Origin: Eubacteriales bacterium
Lineage (GTDB): Bacteria > Bacillota > Clostridia > Oscillospirales > CAG-272
Reading direction: 5' to 3'
Assembly (NCBI GenBank): GCA_045536775.1
Contig: JAZSOD010000085.1
Location: forward strand, 10,281 to 74,280
DNA length: 64,000 bases
The position numbers and the translations under genes were made by a program. Under the pieces are notes generated by a model that was given only the letters and a program-made list of their open reading frames with translations, did not search any database and was not told the origin of the DNA. Positions 30,829 through 40,960 of the stretch are shown in pieces (position 1 is the stretch's first letter; every line of letters starts with the position of its first letter).

Positions 30829-30857
30829 AGTATATCACTATTTAGTCAAAAAATCAA
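30829..30857 (-). promoter_or_regulatory. Putative promoter of the rimP-nusA-ylxR-ylxQ-infB operon
   Basis: The minus strand reads TTGATT (30852-30857), 17 nt, TATACT (30829-30834). Confidence 0.5.
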
Positions 30858-30862
30858 GCCTT

Positions 30863-33304
30863 TTACTTAATTTTTTTACTTTTTGAATCGATTTTTTCAT
30901 TAAAATCATTTTTTTGTGCGTAAGAATAATAAAACTCTCCCTCGGGTCTTATTTTCCACACCTTTTCGGCATAAGTTACTACCGATCTGTCAGAGGAAAA
31001 AACGCCGGATGAGGCAAGATTATAAAGCCCCTTCACGCCCGTTCGTTCTCTGTCTGTAAAATCGTTTATAGCTCTCAATCGAGTTTTGTGATAAGGATGA
31101 AAATCCTTAAGAACAAAATATCTGTCTGGCTGGTTTGAATTCAACAACGAATCATACAGATCGGCAAATGAATTCTCTGTACCGAGTGAATTAATAACAA
31201 AATCAAGAAGCCTTTTTATCTTAGGATTTTTCTCATAAATCCCGAGAGGATCGTATGATGGGCGAAGCTTATCAAGCTCCTCTACCGTCGCTCCGAAAAT
31301 ATAGTTATTTTCCCTACCCGCTTCATTTACAATTTCTACGTTAGCTCCGTCGAGCGTACCGAGAGTAAGCGCCCCGTTCAACATCATTTTCATATTACCA
31401 GTCCCGCTTGCTTCGCATCCCGCGGTCGATATCTGCTCGGATATATCTGCAGCCGCAACAAGCATTTCTGCATAAGAAACGTTATAACCGGTAATAAAGT
31501 GAAGATTCAGGTGTTTTTTCACTACGTCATCTGATGATATAAGTCTCTCTATAGAGCAAATCAGCTTGATTATGTCTTTGGCTATCTTATAGCCGGGTGC
31601 CGCCTTTCCCCCGATAAGAACCGTAACAGGCACGTCGGGCTTCAGAGTGCCGTCCTTAATGTCAAAATACATCTGAAGAACCGAAAGTCCATTCATCAGT
31701 TGTCTTTTATATTCGTGTATTCGTTTTATTTGTATATCAAACACGGAATCCGGATCTATGCTTACTCCCTCTCGGTCACAAACGTAATCGGAAAGCACTC
31801 TTCGTCTGAAGCTTTTGATCCTATTGAATTCCGAAACAACTTCAGCATCAGTAACCTTCTTTTTTATTGACTCAAGCTTTGTAAGATCATATAGCCAACC
31901 ATCACCTTCTGTAAGCTTAGAAACGAAATGAGACATTTCCGGATTTGCTACTCCAAGCCAACGTCGTTGTGTGATTCCGTTAGTAACATTAATGATTTTT
32001 CCGGGATAAAGCTTGTTCCAATTCCCGAAAAGCTCGGCTTTAATAATGTCGGTATGAAGCTTAGCGACGCCGTTTACGCATACGCACATATACATAGCAA
32101 TATTTGCCATATGAATTTTTCCGTTTGAAATTATGTGCATTTTTTGAGTTTGATCATCTGACAACTCAGTCTCGGCGAGATCGGATTTGAGCATATCATC
32201 AAGCTTGGCTACGTAAACGTATACTTTCCCAAGAATCGACTTGAACAGCTTTTCATCCCAATTTTCAAGCGCCTCTGCCATTATTGTATGATTAGTGTAA
32301 GCAAACACTTTTTTAGCTATTTTGAATGCTGAGCCAAAATCAATTCCTTCTTCTTCGCAAAGGGTATAAAGTAGCGCGGGAATTGCTATGACGGGGTGAG
32401 TATCGTTTAACTGAAATACGTTTTCGTCTGAAAATTTTGAAAAATCTTCACCGTGTATCTTTTTATATGCTTTAATTACGTCTTTGATAGAAGCGTAAGC
32501 AAAAAAATACTCCTGTCTGAGTCTTAATTTTTTACCATCGTCTTTATCGTCTGCAGGATAAAGCACTCTCGATATATTTTCCGCCTCGTTTTTTACTTTG
32601 AGTGCATCGTTGTATTTTTGCTCGTTGAACAACTTAAAATTAAAAGGAGAAACAGGAGTTGACTCCCACAAACGTACTGTTGTTGCAAAATTATTCTTAT
32701 AACCGTAAACGGGAACGTCGTACGGAACGGCAATTACTTTCATATCATCAAATTCAACAGTTACAGATTCGTCGTCTCTTTTGATCGACCAAGCATCACC
32801 GTAAGCAGTCCAGTCATCAGGATATTCGGTTTGTTCACCATTTTCGATACCCTGCTTAAATATACCGTACTTGTATCTGATTCCGTACCCCATAACGGGC
32901 AAGGCAAGAGTGGCGGCCGAATCCATAAAGCACGCCGCCAGTCTTCCGAGACCACCATTACCAAGCCCCGCGTCCTCAACCTTTTTAAGTTTTCCGAATT
33001 CACCACCAAGCTTGCTTATCGATTCCTTTGCTTTATCGTAGAGTCCGAGTGAAATTAGGTTATTTATAATTGCGCGACCCATAAGGAATTCAGCAGAAAG
33101 ATAATACGCCCTTTTCTTTGAATTGCTCGGTACTTGTGAGCTTTTTCTGTTTCCGGCAAAGTAATCTGTTATCATTTCTCCGATTACCAAGTTCATCTCA
33201 TTGAACGTAGCTTCGTTAGGGGGCTTCAAAAACCTGTTTTCTATAGTTTTCTCATATCTTTCCCAAAACGATGAGTTCAAACCTTCTTTATATTCCTCGA
33301 TCAT
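30863..33304 (-). CDS. glgP: Glycogen/maltodextrin phosphorylase
   Basis: 813 aa with the PLP-lysine block EASGTGNMKMMLNGALTLGTLDGANVEI and GLGNGGLGRLAACF. RBS is AGAGGAGG. Confidence 0.92.
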   Translation of the reverse strand: MIEEYKEGLNSSFWERYEKTIENRFLKPPNEATFNEMNLVIGEMITDYFAGNRKSSQVPSNSKKRAYYLSAEFLMGRAIINNLISLGLYDKAKESISKLGGEFGKLKKVEDAGLGNGGLGRLAACFMDSAATLALPVMGYGIRYKYGIFKQGIENGEQTEYPDDWTAYGDAWSIKRDDESVTVEFDDMKVIAVPYDVPVYGYKNNFATTVRLWESTPVSPFNFKLFNEQKYNDALKVKNEAENISRVLYPADDKDDGKKLRLRQEYFFAYASIKDVIKAYKKIHGEDFSKFSDENVFQLNDTHPVIAIPALLYTLCEEEGIDFGSAFKIAKKVFAYTNHTIMAEALENWDEKLFKSILGKVYVYVAKLDDMLKSDLAETELSDDQTQKMHIISNGKIHMANIAMYMCVCVNGVAKLHTDIIKAELFGNWNKLYPGKIINVTNGITQRRWLGVANPEMSHFVSKLTEGDGWLYDLTKLESIKKKVTDAEVVSEFNRIKSFRRRVLSDYVCDREGVSIDPDSVFDIQIKRIHEYKRQLMNGLSVLQMYFDIKDGTLKPDVPVTVLIGGKAAPGYKIAKDIIKLICSIERLISSDDVVKKHLNLHFITGYNVSYAEMLVAAADISEQISTAGCEASGTGNMKMMLNGALTLGTLDGANVEIVNEAGRENNYIFGATVEELDKLRPSYDPLGIYEKNPKIKRLLDFVINSLGTENSFADLYDSLLNSNQPDRYFVLKDFHPYHKTRLRAINDFTDRERTGVKGLYNLASSGVFSSDRSVVTYAEKVWKIRPEGEFYYSYAQKNDFNEKIDSKSKKIK

Positions 33305-34787
33305 CGTCAGCCTCCTCTGTGTTTGCTCGTCCGTACAGCGACGCGAGCTCCTTAATTCTTAACGCAATACTGTCGTTAAAACAGCTTTTAACAGCCCTCC
33401 ATCTCCAGTTGTTTCCAAGAGTGGACGGCACATTCATTCTTCCCTCATCGCCAAGACCTATAAAATCCTGCATAGAAATAATCACGCTATCTGCATAGCT
33501 TGCAAACAGCGACCTTATTGCGCTGAAGCATATATCGCCGCTGTTTGCACAGTTAAGATAACTTTTAATAAATCCTTTTGTTTTAATATCGGATTTAAGA
33601 TAATAAGACATAAAAGTCATATTGTCGTGCGTTCCGAGATATGCAAACGTATTCTTTTCATAATTGTGCGGAAGATATTCACTGTCCGGCGTTGAGTCGA
33701 AACCAAACTCAAGTATTTTCATACCCGGGTAACCGGTCCTTCGCAACAGTTCTTTTACTCCTTCATCTATAAAACCAAGATCTTCTGCAATGATCTCAGT
33801 ATTACCCAAGCTTGACTCGACCGCATTAAAAAAGTCTATACCGGGTCCATCATACCATTTGCCGTTCTTGGCACTTGTTTCACCTGCATCAATGGCATAA
33901 TAGGCTGAAAATCCGCGGAAATGGTCTATACGAATATAGTCATATAGCTTTGAATTCATAGCAAAGCGCTTTTTCCACCACGAATACCCGTCAAGTCTCA
34001 TAGCCTCCCAATCGTAAATGGGATTTCCCCATAGCTGACCGTCAGCATTAAATGAATCGGGCGGGCAACCGGCAAGAAGCTTAGGACGCAAATCGTTATC
34101 AACCATAAACAAGCGCGGATTTTCCCAAACGTCCGCACTGTCAGGTGCTACGTAGATCGGAATGTCTCCGATTATACTTATTCCGTTTTTATTGGCGTAA
34201 GATTTAAGTTTGAACCACTGTTCAAAGAACCAAAACTCAACAACACGCCAGAAATTGACCTCGTCGGGATGAGTGTCGTAAAATTCCGTCACTTCACCGC
34301 TTCCGATTCGCTTGAATTCTTTTTTCCATTCGGATAATCCAACAAAATCCGAAAATGCTTTGATAGACATAAATACGGCAAAGCTATCAAGCCACCAAGA
34401 ATTTTTAATACAAAATTCCTCGTAGCGCGGATCATTGAGGTTAAAACGCGATACGGCTTTTCTAAGAAGCTTATATCTGTTAATATATAATATTCCGTAA
34501 TTAACGCTATCGACAGGAGCACGCTCGGTTATAAGCTCGCTTTTTGTAATAAAACCTTCATTACAGAGCATCTCGGGAGAAACGAAATACGGGTTCCCGG
34601 CGAAGCTTGAAAAAGACTGATACGGTGAGTCGCCGTATCCCGTTATCCCAAGCGGAAGTATCTGCCACAAGCTCTGTCCGCTTTTCTTCAAAAAATCAAC
34701 GAAATCATAAGCATCCGGTCCAAGATCCCCTATTCCGTACTCCGACGGTAATGATGATATATGCAACAGCGTTCCGCATTTTCTCAT
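33288..34787 (-). CDS. malQ: 4-alpha-glucanotransferase (amylomaltase)
   Basis: GTLLHISSLPSEYGIGDLG, GDSPYQS, IRIDHFRGF and IAEDLG motifs of GH77. Confidence 0.92.
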   Translation of the reverse strand: MRKCGTLLHISSLPSEYGIGDLGPDAYDFVDFLKKSGQSLWQILPLGITGYGDSPYQSFSSFAGNPYFVSPEMLCNEGFITKSELITERAPVDSVNYGILYINRYKLLRKAVSRFNLNDPRYEEFCIKNSWWLDSFAVFMSIKAFSDFVGLSEWKKEFKRIGSGEVTEFYDTHPDEVNFWRVVEFWFFEQWFKLKSYANKNGISIIGDIPIYVAPDSADVWENPRLFMVDNDLRPKLLAGCPPDSFNADGQLWGNPIYDWEAMRLDGYSWWKKRFAMNSKLYDYIRIDHFRGFSAYYAIDAGETSAKNGKWYDGPGIDFFNAVESSLGNTEIIAEDLGFIDEGVKELLRRTGYPGMKILEFGFDSTPDSEYLPHNYEKNTFAYLGTHDNMTFMSYYLKSDIKTKGFIKSYLNCANSGDICFSAIRSLFASYADSVIISMQDFIGLGDEGRMNVPSTLGNNWRWRAVKSCFNDSIALRIKELASLYGRANTEEADDDRGI

Positions 34788-35890
34788 AACAAGAGACTCT
34801 TTCCGCTAACAGAATCAAATAAATGAATCTTATTTAGGTCCATAGCAAGTTGGATTTTTTTACCTGTGTCAACAGCCATACGAGATGGAACTCTCGCTAT
34901 CATTTTTTCGCCTGCATAGGTAAAATAAATATACAGCTCAGCTCCCATCATTTCTGACATATCAACGTCTACGGTAATCTTGAATGCACTGTCTATTCCG
35001 AAAAACAGCTCTTCGCTCCTGATATCCTCCGGACGAATACCAACCGTAATAGTCTTACCCACATAGTTCTTAAGCTTATCCGCATACCTTCTGTCAACAA
35101 GCATTTTTCCGCCTTCGGCATATAGGTATGCTTTCTCCTTTTCATAACCTACCGTTGCTTCAAACAGATTCATTCTCGGTGATCCGATAAATCCCGCCAC
35201 AAACGTGTTTGCCGGATGATGATATAACGTCTTTGGTGTATCGTATTGCTGTATCACGCCATCCTTCATAACAACGATTCTGTCTGCCATCGTCATAGCC
35301 TCCACCTGATCGTGTGTAACGTAGACAAAAGTAACTCCAAGAGTTTTATGAAGGTTTGAAATAGACGCACGCATTTCACCGCGAAGCTTTGCGTCAAGAT
35401 TTGATAGGGGCTCGTCAAGCAGGAAAACCTGCGGTGAGCGAACCATCGCACGACCGAGCGCTACTCTTTGACGTTGACCGCCCGATAACGCTCTCGGTTT
35501 TCTGTCAAGATATTTTTCTATATCCAGCATTTTAGCAGCGCTTCTTACTTTTTTGTCTATTTCATTTTTGTTTATTCCTCTTAGCTTTAATCCAAAAGCA
35601 AGGTTATTGTATACTGTCATATGAGGATACAAAGCATAGCTCTGAAAAACCATCGCGATGTCACGGTCCTTGGGAGCAACGTTATTTACTTTTTTACCGC
35701 CAATCAGTAAGTCTCCCGAAGTAACGTCCTCGAGACCCGCTATCATTCTTAGCGTAGTAGACTTACCGCAACCCGACGGACCTACAAGTATAACGAATTC
35801 CCCGTCGTTAATTTCCAAATTAAGTTCAGGTATTACTGTTACGTTACCCGAAAACGTTTTGTTTATATTTATTAGCTTAATACCTGCCAT
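34784..35890 (-). CDS. Sugar ABC transporter ATP-binding protein (MsmX/MalK/UgpC type)
   Basis: Walker A GPSGCGKST, signature LSGGQRQRVALGRA, Walker B FLLDEPLSNLD, and a C-terminal TOBE-like regulatory domain. Confidence 0.92.
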   Translation of the reverse strand: MAGIKLININKTFSGNVTVIPELNLEINDGEFVILVGPSGCGKSTTLRMIAGLEDVTSGDLLIGGKKVNNVAPKDRDIAMVFQSYALYPHMTVYNNLAFGLKLRGINKNEIDKKVRSAAKMLDIEKYLDRKPRALSGGQRQRVALGRAMVRSPQVFLLDEPLSNLDAKLRGEMRASISNLHKTLGVTFVYVTHDQVEAMTMADRIVVMKDGVIQQYDTPKTLYHHPANTFVAGFIGSPRMNLFEATVGYEKEKAYLYAEGGKMLVDRRYADKLKNYVGKTITVGIRPEDIRSEELFFGIDSAFKITVDVDMSEMMGAELYIYFTYAGEKMIARVPSRMAVDTGKKIQLAMDLNKIHLFDSVSGKSLLL

Positions 35891-35899
35891 TTTACACCA

Positions 35900-36736
35900 T
35901 TAACCCTTTACCGCACCTGCGACAACACCTTTGATAATATATTTCTGACATAACAAATAGAAGATAACCACCGGAATGATCGACAATACGAGCATTGCCA
36001 TAAGCGCGCCCATATCTCTTGAGCCGTAACCGCCCTGTAAATACTGTACTGCTATCGGTATAGTCTTGTATTTATTACCGATGACTAGATACGGCAAAAG
36101 ATAATCGTTCCAAACCCACATAGCGTTGAGTATAGCAACGGTTATGGCAATAGGCTTCATCATTGGAAAAACAACTAAAAAATAAAGCTGAAGCGGGGAT
36201 GCACCGTCTATCATAGCAGCCTCCTCCACCTCTCTTGGTATGCCCGAAACAAAGCCGGTGAACAGAAAAACGGATAAACCGGCACCAAATCCAAGATATA
36301 ACAATACTATTCCTATCGGGTTATCAAGCTTCATTGAATTCGCGATTTTCGACATCGAAAACATAACCATCTGAAACGGTACGATCATACTGAACAAAAA
36401 CAAATAGTAAAGGACCTTGGTTGCAGTATTTCTTACTCTTGAAATATACCAGGCGGCCATCGACGTAAAAAACACTATAACGGCAACAGAAGCAACGGTT
36501 ATGAATAACGAATAAAAAAATGCAGACAAAAACCCTGTTTTTCTAAGACCGTTAATGTAGTTCTCAAGTCCGACGAAAGTTTCGCTATCGGGAAGCTTGA
36601 ACGGTGCTGATGAAATATAGAACTGCCCCTTAAACGAATTCATAAGCACTATTACTACGGGTGCAATAAAAATAACAGACACAATAATCAGTATAGCGTA
36701 AAGAAATGCGTCGGTGAGTTTTTTACGTGCTTCCAC
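35900..36736 (-). CDS. Carbohydrate ABC transporter permease (MalG-like)
   Basis: Six TM segments. The EAA loop reads EVEEAAMIDGASPLQLYFLVVFPMMKP. Confidence 0.88.
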   Translation of the reverse strand: MEARKKLTDAFLYAILIIVSVIFIAPVVIVLMNSFKGQFYISSAPFKLPDSETFVGLENYINGLRKTGFLSAFFYSLFITVASVAVIVFFTSMAAWYISRVRNTATKVLYYLFLFSMIVPFQMVMFSMSKIANSMKLDNPIGIVLLYLGFGAGLSVFLFTGFVSGIPREVEEAAMIDGASPLQLYFLVVFPMMKPIAITVAILNAMWVWNDYLLPYLVIGNKYKTIPIAVQYLQGGYGSRDMGALMAMLVLSIIPVVIFYLLCQKYIIKGVVAGAVKG

Positions 36737-36737
36737 T

Positions 36738-37583
36738 TCACATCTCTCCCTTCTGTTTTGTAAGCTTCTGCTGAGCGAGCGCTATAAGCGCGACTATCAC
36801 GAAGAATATGACAGCTTTTGCCTGACCGACACCCTCCGACCCTACGCGATTATAAAAGGTCTTATATATGTCAAGCGCAAGCATTGCGGTTTCTTTTCCC
36901 GGAGCACCGCCGGTAAGTGCAAGATTCTGGTCAAATAGCTTGAAAGAATTAGTGAGTGTCAGAAACGTGCATATAGCGACCGCTGATGATACCATCGGAA
37001 GAATTATATGTCTAAGCTTCTGGAAATAAGTTGCACCGTCAATATCGGCTGCTTCGAGCAGATCTCCCGGCACGTTTTGAATTCCTGCGATATATATTAT
37101 CATCATATATCCGATCTGCTGCCAGTTTGTCAGAATAACGAGTCCCCAAAATCCGTATTTGGCCGCAAACGTTATATCTACGCCGAAGTATCCGAGAAAA
37201 CCGTTTATGATTATCTGCCATATATAGCCCAGTACAATGCCGCCAATTAGATTGGGCATAAAAAATCCCGTTCTGAATACGTTAGTACCCTTCATTTGCC
37301 TTGTAAGAATGAGCGCGAGAAAAAAAGCAAATACATTTACCGTTATTACCGATACAACGGTAAATTTTACGGTAAACCACAAAGCTGATAAAAAATCCGA
37401 GCTTTGAGTGAAAATCTTAACGTAATTATCAAGACCAACAAATCTTGCGTTTGTTACGGTAGTGAAATCGCAGAACGATAACACGAGCCCCATTATAAAC
37501 GGAGCGAGAAATGCTATTATAAACGCTATGAGTGTAGGCAAAAGGAAAATCGGATAATATTTGCCGATATACTTGCGAATCAT
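36738..37583 (-). CDS. Carbohydrate ABC transporter permease (MalF-like)
   Basis: Six TM segments. The EAA loop reads LLEAADIDGATYFQKLRHIILPM. Confidence 0.88.
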   Translation of the reverse strand: MIRKYIGKYYPIFLLPTLIAFIIAFLAPFIMGLVLSFCDFTTVTNARFVGLDNYVKIFTQSSDFLSALWFTVKFTVVSVITVNVFAFFLALILTRQMKGTNVFRTGFFMPNLIGGIVLGYIWQIIINGFLGYFGVDITFAAKYGFWGLVILTNWQQIGYMMIIYIAGIQNVPGDLLEAADIDGATYFQKLRHIILPMVSSAVAICTFLTLTNSFKLFDQNLALTGGAPGKETAMLALDIYKTFYNRVGSEGVGQAKAVIFFVIVALIALAQQKLTKQKGEM

Positions 37584-38908
37584 AAATTACTCTCGTTTTT
37601 CCAATCTTTTATAACTCCGTCACGAACCTCACTCCAAGGCTTATTTCCCTGTGCGTAAGACAGGAGCGCGCTTCCGAAATTATCCTTAAAGGTCTGGCTC
37701 GGGAAAAGCGTAAAATTCCAGTCAACACTGAACTTATCCTCTCTGAGCATCCACGCATTTATCTCGCGTGCAAGCGGATCATCGGGAACCTCAGTTGAAT
37801 CAAATGATGAATACGGTGTAATAAAACCGAGCTCCTCAGTAACGTACCTCTTTCCCGTTTCGCTGCTGAAAAGCCAATATAGAAAGTCATCTGCAAGCTT
37901 TTGCTTTTCTTCGCTTAAGCTTTTGTTTATGGCGAGATAATTCTCAGTACCAATACAAAGTCCCTGGCTCTCTTCACCGTCAACCCCTGTATATATGGGC
38001 ATAAATCTTATATCGTTTTCCTTGATCTTATTGCCGGATATTCCCGATATCTGACTCCAAGCCCAGTTTCCGTTTTGAACCATAGCGCATTGTCCGAGCG
38101 CGAACTCTGCCATTGAGTCGGCTACTTGCTTTGACCCCAGTAATTTAGGCGAGGTTACAGAGTAATTAATATACAGATCAAATATATTTCTGAATTCATT
38201 GTCATACATAAAATCTATGCGCTTTGTATCGTTTCCAGAAAGGTCGATTTCATTATTCTTGAATTCATAGTAAACGGGAATATTAGCAAGATGTGTCGTC
38301 CATCTCCAATCCTCTCCTGGTTTAAGAGATGTCGACGCAAAAACGCCGAGTATTCCAAGCTCACCCTTGAGCTTATCCATATCTACAACTACCTGCTCAA
38401 ATATATCAAACGAGTTTATCTCGTCAACGCTGTTTACATTAACACTTTTATTCGGGTTCGTAAAATATGCCTGCATTATAGCATTGTTATAAATAATTCC
38501 GTACCCTTCGATAACCTGCGGAATACCGTATACTCCTCCGTTATCTGTGAGCGCCAGGTCTTTATCGGCGAGGAGTGAATATAATTGCGTGTTTTTGAGA
38601 TCAGCACAATAGTCCTTCCACGAAGCATATCCACGCGGACCGTTAATATGGAATATTGCAGGAGCGTCAGCTTTTGCGATTTCCGATTTTAACGTTTGTT
38701 CATAAGTGTTTGAAGCAGCCGTAACTACGTTAAGTCTTACACCTGTTTCTTTATAATAGTCTTCTGAAAGACGGCTGTAAACCTCAGCAACCTCAGGCTT
38801 GAAGTTAAGATAATAAACGGATTTTTCCGTTTCTTTTTTACCGCATCCTGAAAGAACTGTAAGCAAAAGCGAAAGAACTGCTATAACAGATAATATCTTA
38901 GTTTTCAT
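37580..38908 (-). CDS. Extracellular sugar-binding lipoprotein of the ABC transporter
   Basis: Lipoprotein signal peptide with lipobox LSGCGKK. Its size and position fit a family-1 solute-binding protein. Its substrate (maltodextrin) is inferred from the malQ/glgP neighbours. Confidence 0.8.
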   Translation of the reverse strand: MKTKILSVIAVLSLLLTVLSGCGKKETEKSVYYLNFKPEVAEVYSRLSEDYYKETGVRLNVVTAASNTYEQTLKSEIAKADAPAIFHINGPRGYASWKDYCADLKNTQLYSLLADKDLALTDNGGVYGIPQVIEGYGIIYNNAIMQAYFTNPNKSVNVNSVDEINSFDIFEQVVVDMDKLKGELGILGVFASTSLKPGEDWRWTTHLANIPVYYEFKNNEIDLSGNDTKRIDFMYDNEFRNIFDLYINYSVTSPKLLGSKQVADSMAEFALGQCAMVQNGNWAWSQISGISGNKIKENDIRFMPIYTGVDGEESQGLCIGTENYLAINKSLSEEKQKLADDFLYWLFSSETGKRYVTEELGFITPYSSFDSTEVPDDPLAREINAWMLREDKFSVDWNFTLFPSQTFKDNFGSALLSYAQGNKPWSEVRDGVIKDWKNESNL

Positions 38909-39000
38909 AAATACTCCAATCTACTTGTGATCGCATTAAAAGCGTATTTTTTTACACAATTAGTTTTACAACAATAATCTGAATTTATACCCAAAACATA

Positions 39001-39030
39001 AAAAAGAGGCAGATATTTCTGCCTCTTTTT
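39001..39030 (-). terminator. Terminator after clpX (hairpin symmetric, usable in both directions)
   Basis: AAAAAGAGGCAG-ATATTT-CTGCCTCTTTTT, a 12-bp stem with flanking A and T runs, 8 nt after the clpX stop. Confidence 0.85.
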
Positions 39031-39038
39031 TATGTTAA

Positions 39039-40307
39039 TTATTCGTATTTTACAGCATCATTTCCTTTGACGTACGCCTCGGTTATTATTACCTTGACAA
39101 CGCCGTCCATAGAGGGAACGTCATACATAATGGAACCGAGATATTCCTCCATAATGGAACGGAGTCCTCGTGCACCCGTATTTCTTTCAATAGCAAGATG
39201 AGCGATATGGTTAAGCGCGGAGTCCTCAAATTCGAGCTCTACACCATCGTATTTGAAGAGCTTTTTGTACTGCTTTACAAGGGAGTTTTTAGGCTCAGTC
39301 AAAACACGTACAAGCGCGTTTTCATCGAGGTGGTCAAGAGAAACAAGGACGGGAAGTCTTCCAACAAGCTCGGGTATGAGTCCGTATTTCACAATATCGT
39401 GAGGAGTTACGTCTTTATATACACCGTGAGAAAGCTTCTCTTCCTTCTTTTTGATCTCACCATGGAAGCCAGCGGTCTGTGAGCCCTTTCGCTTTTCGAT
39501 AAGATCGTCGATCTTATCGAATGCACCGCCACAAATGAAAAGAATGTTTGAGGTATCAATCTGTATAAACTCTTGATTAGGGTGCTTTCTTCCCCCTTGT
39601 GGAGGAACGTTCGAAACCGTACCCTCAAGTATCTTGAGAAGCGCTTGTTGAACTCCTTCACCCGAAACGTCGCGAGTAATGGAACGGTTTTCACTTCTTC
39701 TCGAGATCTTATCAATCTCATCTATATAGATTATACCCATCTCAGCGCGCTTGATATCGTAATCTGCCGCCTGAATAAGTCTTAAGAGGATGTTTTCTAC
39801 GTCCTCGCCAACGTAACCCGCTTCGGTAAGAGTAGTTGCGTCGGCTATAGCAAACGGTACCTTTAAGGTTTTCGCAAGAGTCTGCGCAAGGAAGGTCTTA
39901 CCAACACCTGTCGGTCCGAGAAGGAGAACGTTACTCTTTTGAATTTCTACTTCAAACTCTGACGCAGTATCGTCTTTTTTCTTTTTCTTATCATTTTTGT
40001 CTGCTTGCAAAATGCGCTTGTAGTGATTGTATACCGCAACCGAAAGCGCTCTTTTCGCATCATCCTGACCGATAACATATTCATCAAGCGCCGCCTTTAT
40101 CTCACGGGGCTTAGGCAGCTCCGATATAGACGCCACTTCGTTATTGTCAGCGTTTTCCTGCTCCGAAATGAGATCATAACAGGCATCAACGCAAGCGTCA
40201 CAGATGCAAGCACCTGTGACGGATGGTATAATGAATGATACCTGATCTTCGTTTCGGCCGCAGAAAGAGCAAATTCTTTTACTTGAATCGCCGTAATTCT
40301 TAGCCAT
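39039..40307 (-). CDS. clpX: ATP-dependent Clp protease ATP-binding subunit ClpX
   Basis: Zinc finger [11 protein letters not shown]...CDAC, Walker [16 protein letters not shown], and IYIDEIDKI. Confidence 0.97.
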   Translation of the reverse strand: MAKNYGDSSKRICSFCGRNEDQVSFIIPSVTGACICDACVDACYDLISEQENADNNEVASISELPKPREIKAALDEYVIGQDDAKRALSVAVYNHYKRILQADKNDKKKKKDDTASEFEVEIQKSNVLLLGPTGVGKTFLAQTLAKTLKVPFAIADATTLTEAGYVGEDVENILLRLIQAADYDIKRAEMGIIYIDEIDKISRRSENRSITRDVSGEGVQQALLKILEGTVSNVPPQGGRKHPNQEFIQIDTSNILFICGGAFDKIDDLIEKRKGSQTAGFHGEIKKKEEKLSHGVYKDVTPHDIVKYGLIPELVGRLPVLVSLDHLDENALVRVLTEPKNSLVKQYKKLFKYDGVELEFEDSALNHIAHLAIERNTGARGLRSIMEEYLGSIMYDVPSMDGVVKVIITEAYVKGNDAVKYE

Positions 40308-40328
40308 TTAAGTTTCCTTTATCAGATA

Positions 40329-40922
40329 TTATTTAAGTGAATCTCTGTTCTCTGCAACCTTGTCAACCAAGCCGTAAGCAAGGGCCTGTTCAGCTGTGAG
40401 CCAATTGTCTCTGTCCGTATCTCTCGCAAGCTCATCGACGGTTCTTCCTGTATTCTTAGCAAGAATCGTATTGAGTCTGTCGCGAGTACGCTTGATATGA
40501 TCAGCCGCGATAAGCATATCGGATGCCTGACCCTGCGTTCCGCCGAGTGGCTGGTGAATCATTATCTCGCTGTTGGGAAGAGCAATTCTCTTACCCTTTG
40601 CGCCGCTTGAAAGGAGGAATGCTCCCATACTTGCCGCCATACCGATACAAATGGTCGATACATCACACTTGATGTAGTTCATTGTATCATATATTGCAAG
40701 TCCGTCGGAAACTGATCCACCGGGGCTGTCAATATAAAGGTAGATATCCTTGTCGGGATCCTGAGATTCAAGATAAAGCATCTGCGCAACAACAAGGGAT
40801 GCTGTTACGTGATTGACTTCATTAGCAAGGAATATAATTCTGTCGTTGAGAAGTCTTGAAAAAATATCGAACGAGCGCTCACCGTGAGCAGTCTGTTCAA
40901 CGACTATCGGTACGTATGACAT
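40329..40922 (-). CDS. clpP: ATP-dependent Clp protease proteolytic subunit
   Basis: [27 protein letters not shown], with catalytic context [11 protein letters not shown] and IMIHQP. Confidence 0.97.
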   Translation of the reverse strand: MSYVPIVVEQTAHGERSFDIFSRLLNDRIIFLANEVNHVTASLVVAQMLYLESQDPDKDIYLYIDSPGGSVSDGLAIYDTMNYIKCDVSTICIGMAASMGAFLLSSGAKGKRIALPNSEIMIHQPLGGTQGQASDMLIAADHIKRTRDRLNTILAKNTGRTVDELARDTDRDNWLTAEQALAYGLVDKVAENRDSLK

Positions 40923-40960
40923 AAAATTATCACCTTTCTGTACTGACGCGGTAATCTTAA

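Noticed and set aside
38909-39000. cre/LacI-type operator upstream of the maltodextrin ABC operon
   Set aside because: Only a weak partial match (ATGCGATCACA) to the TGWAANCGNTNWCA pattern. There is no clear palindrome and no regulator gene in the locus.
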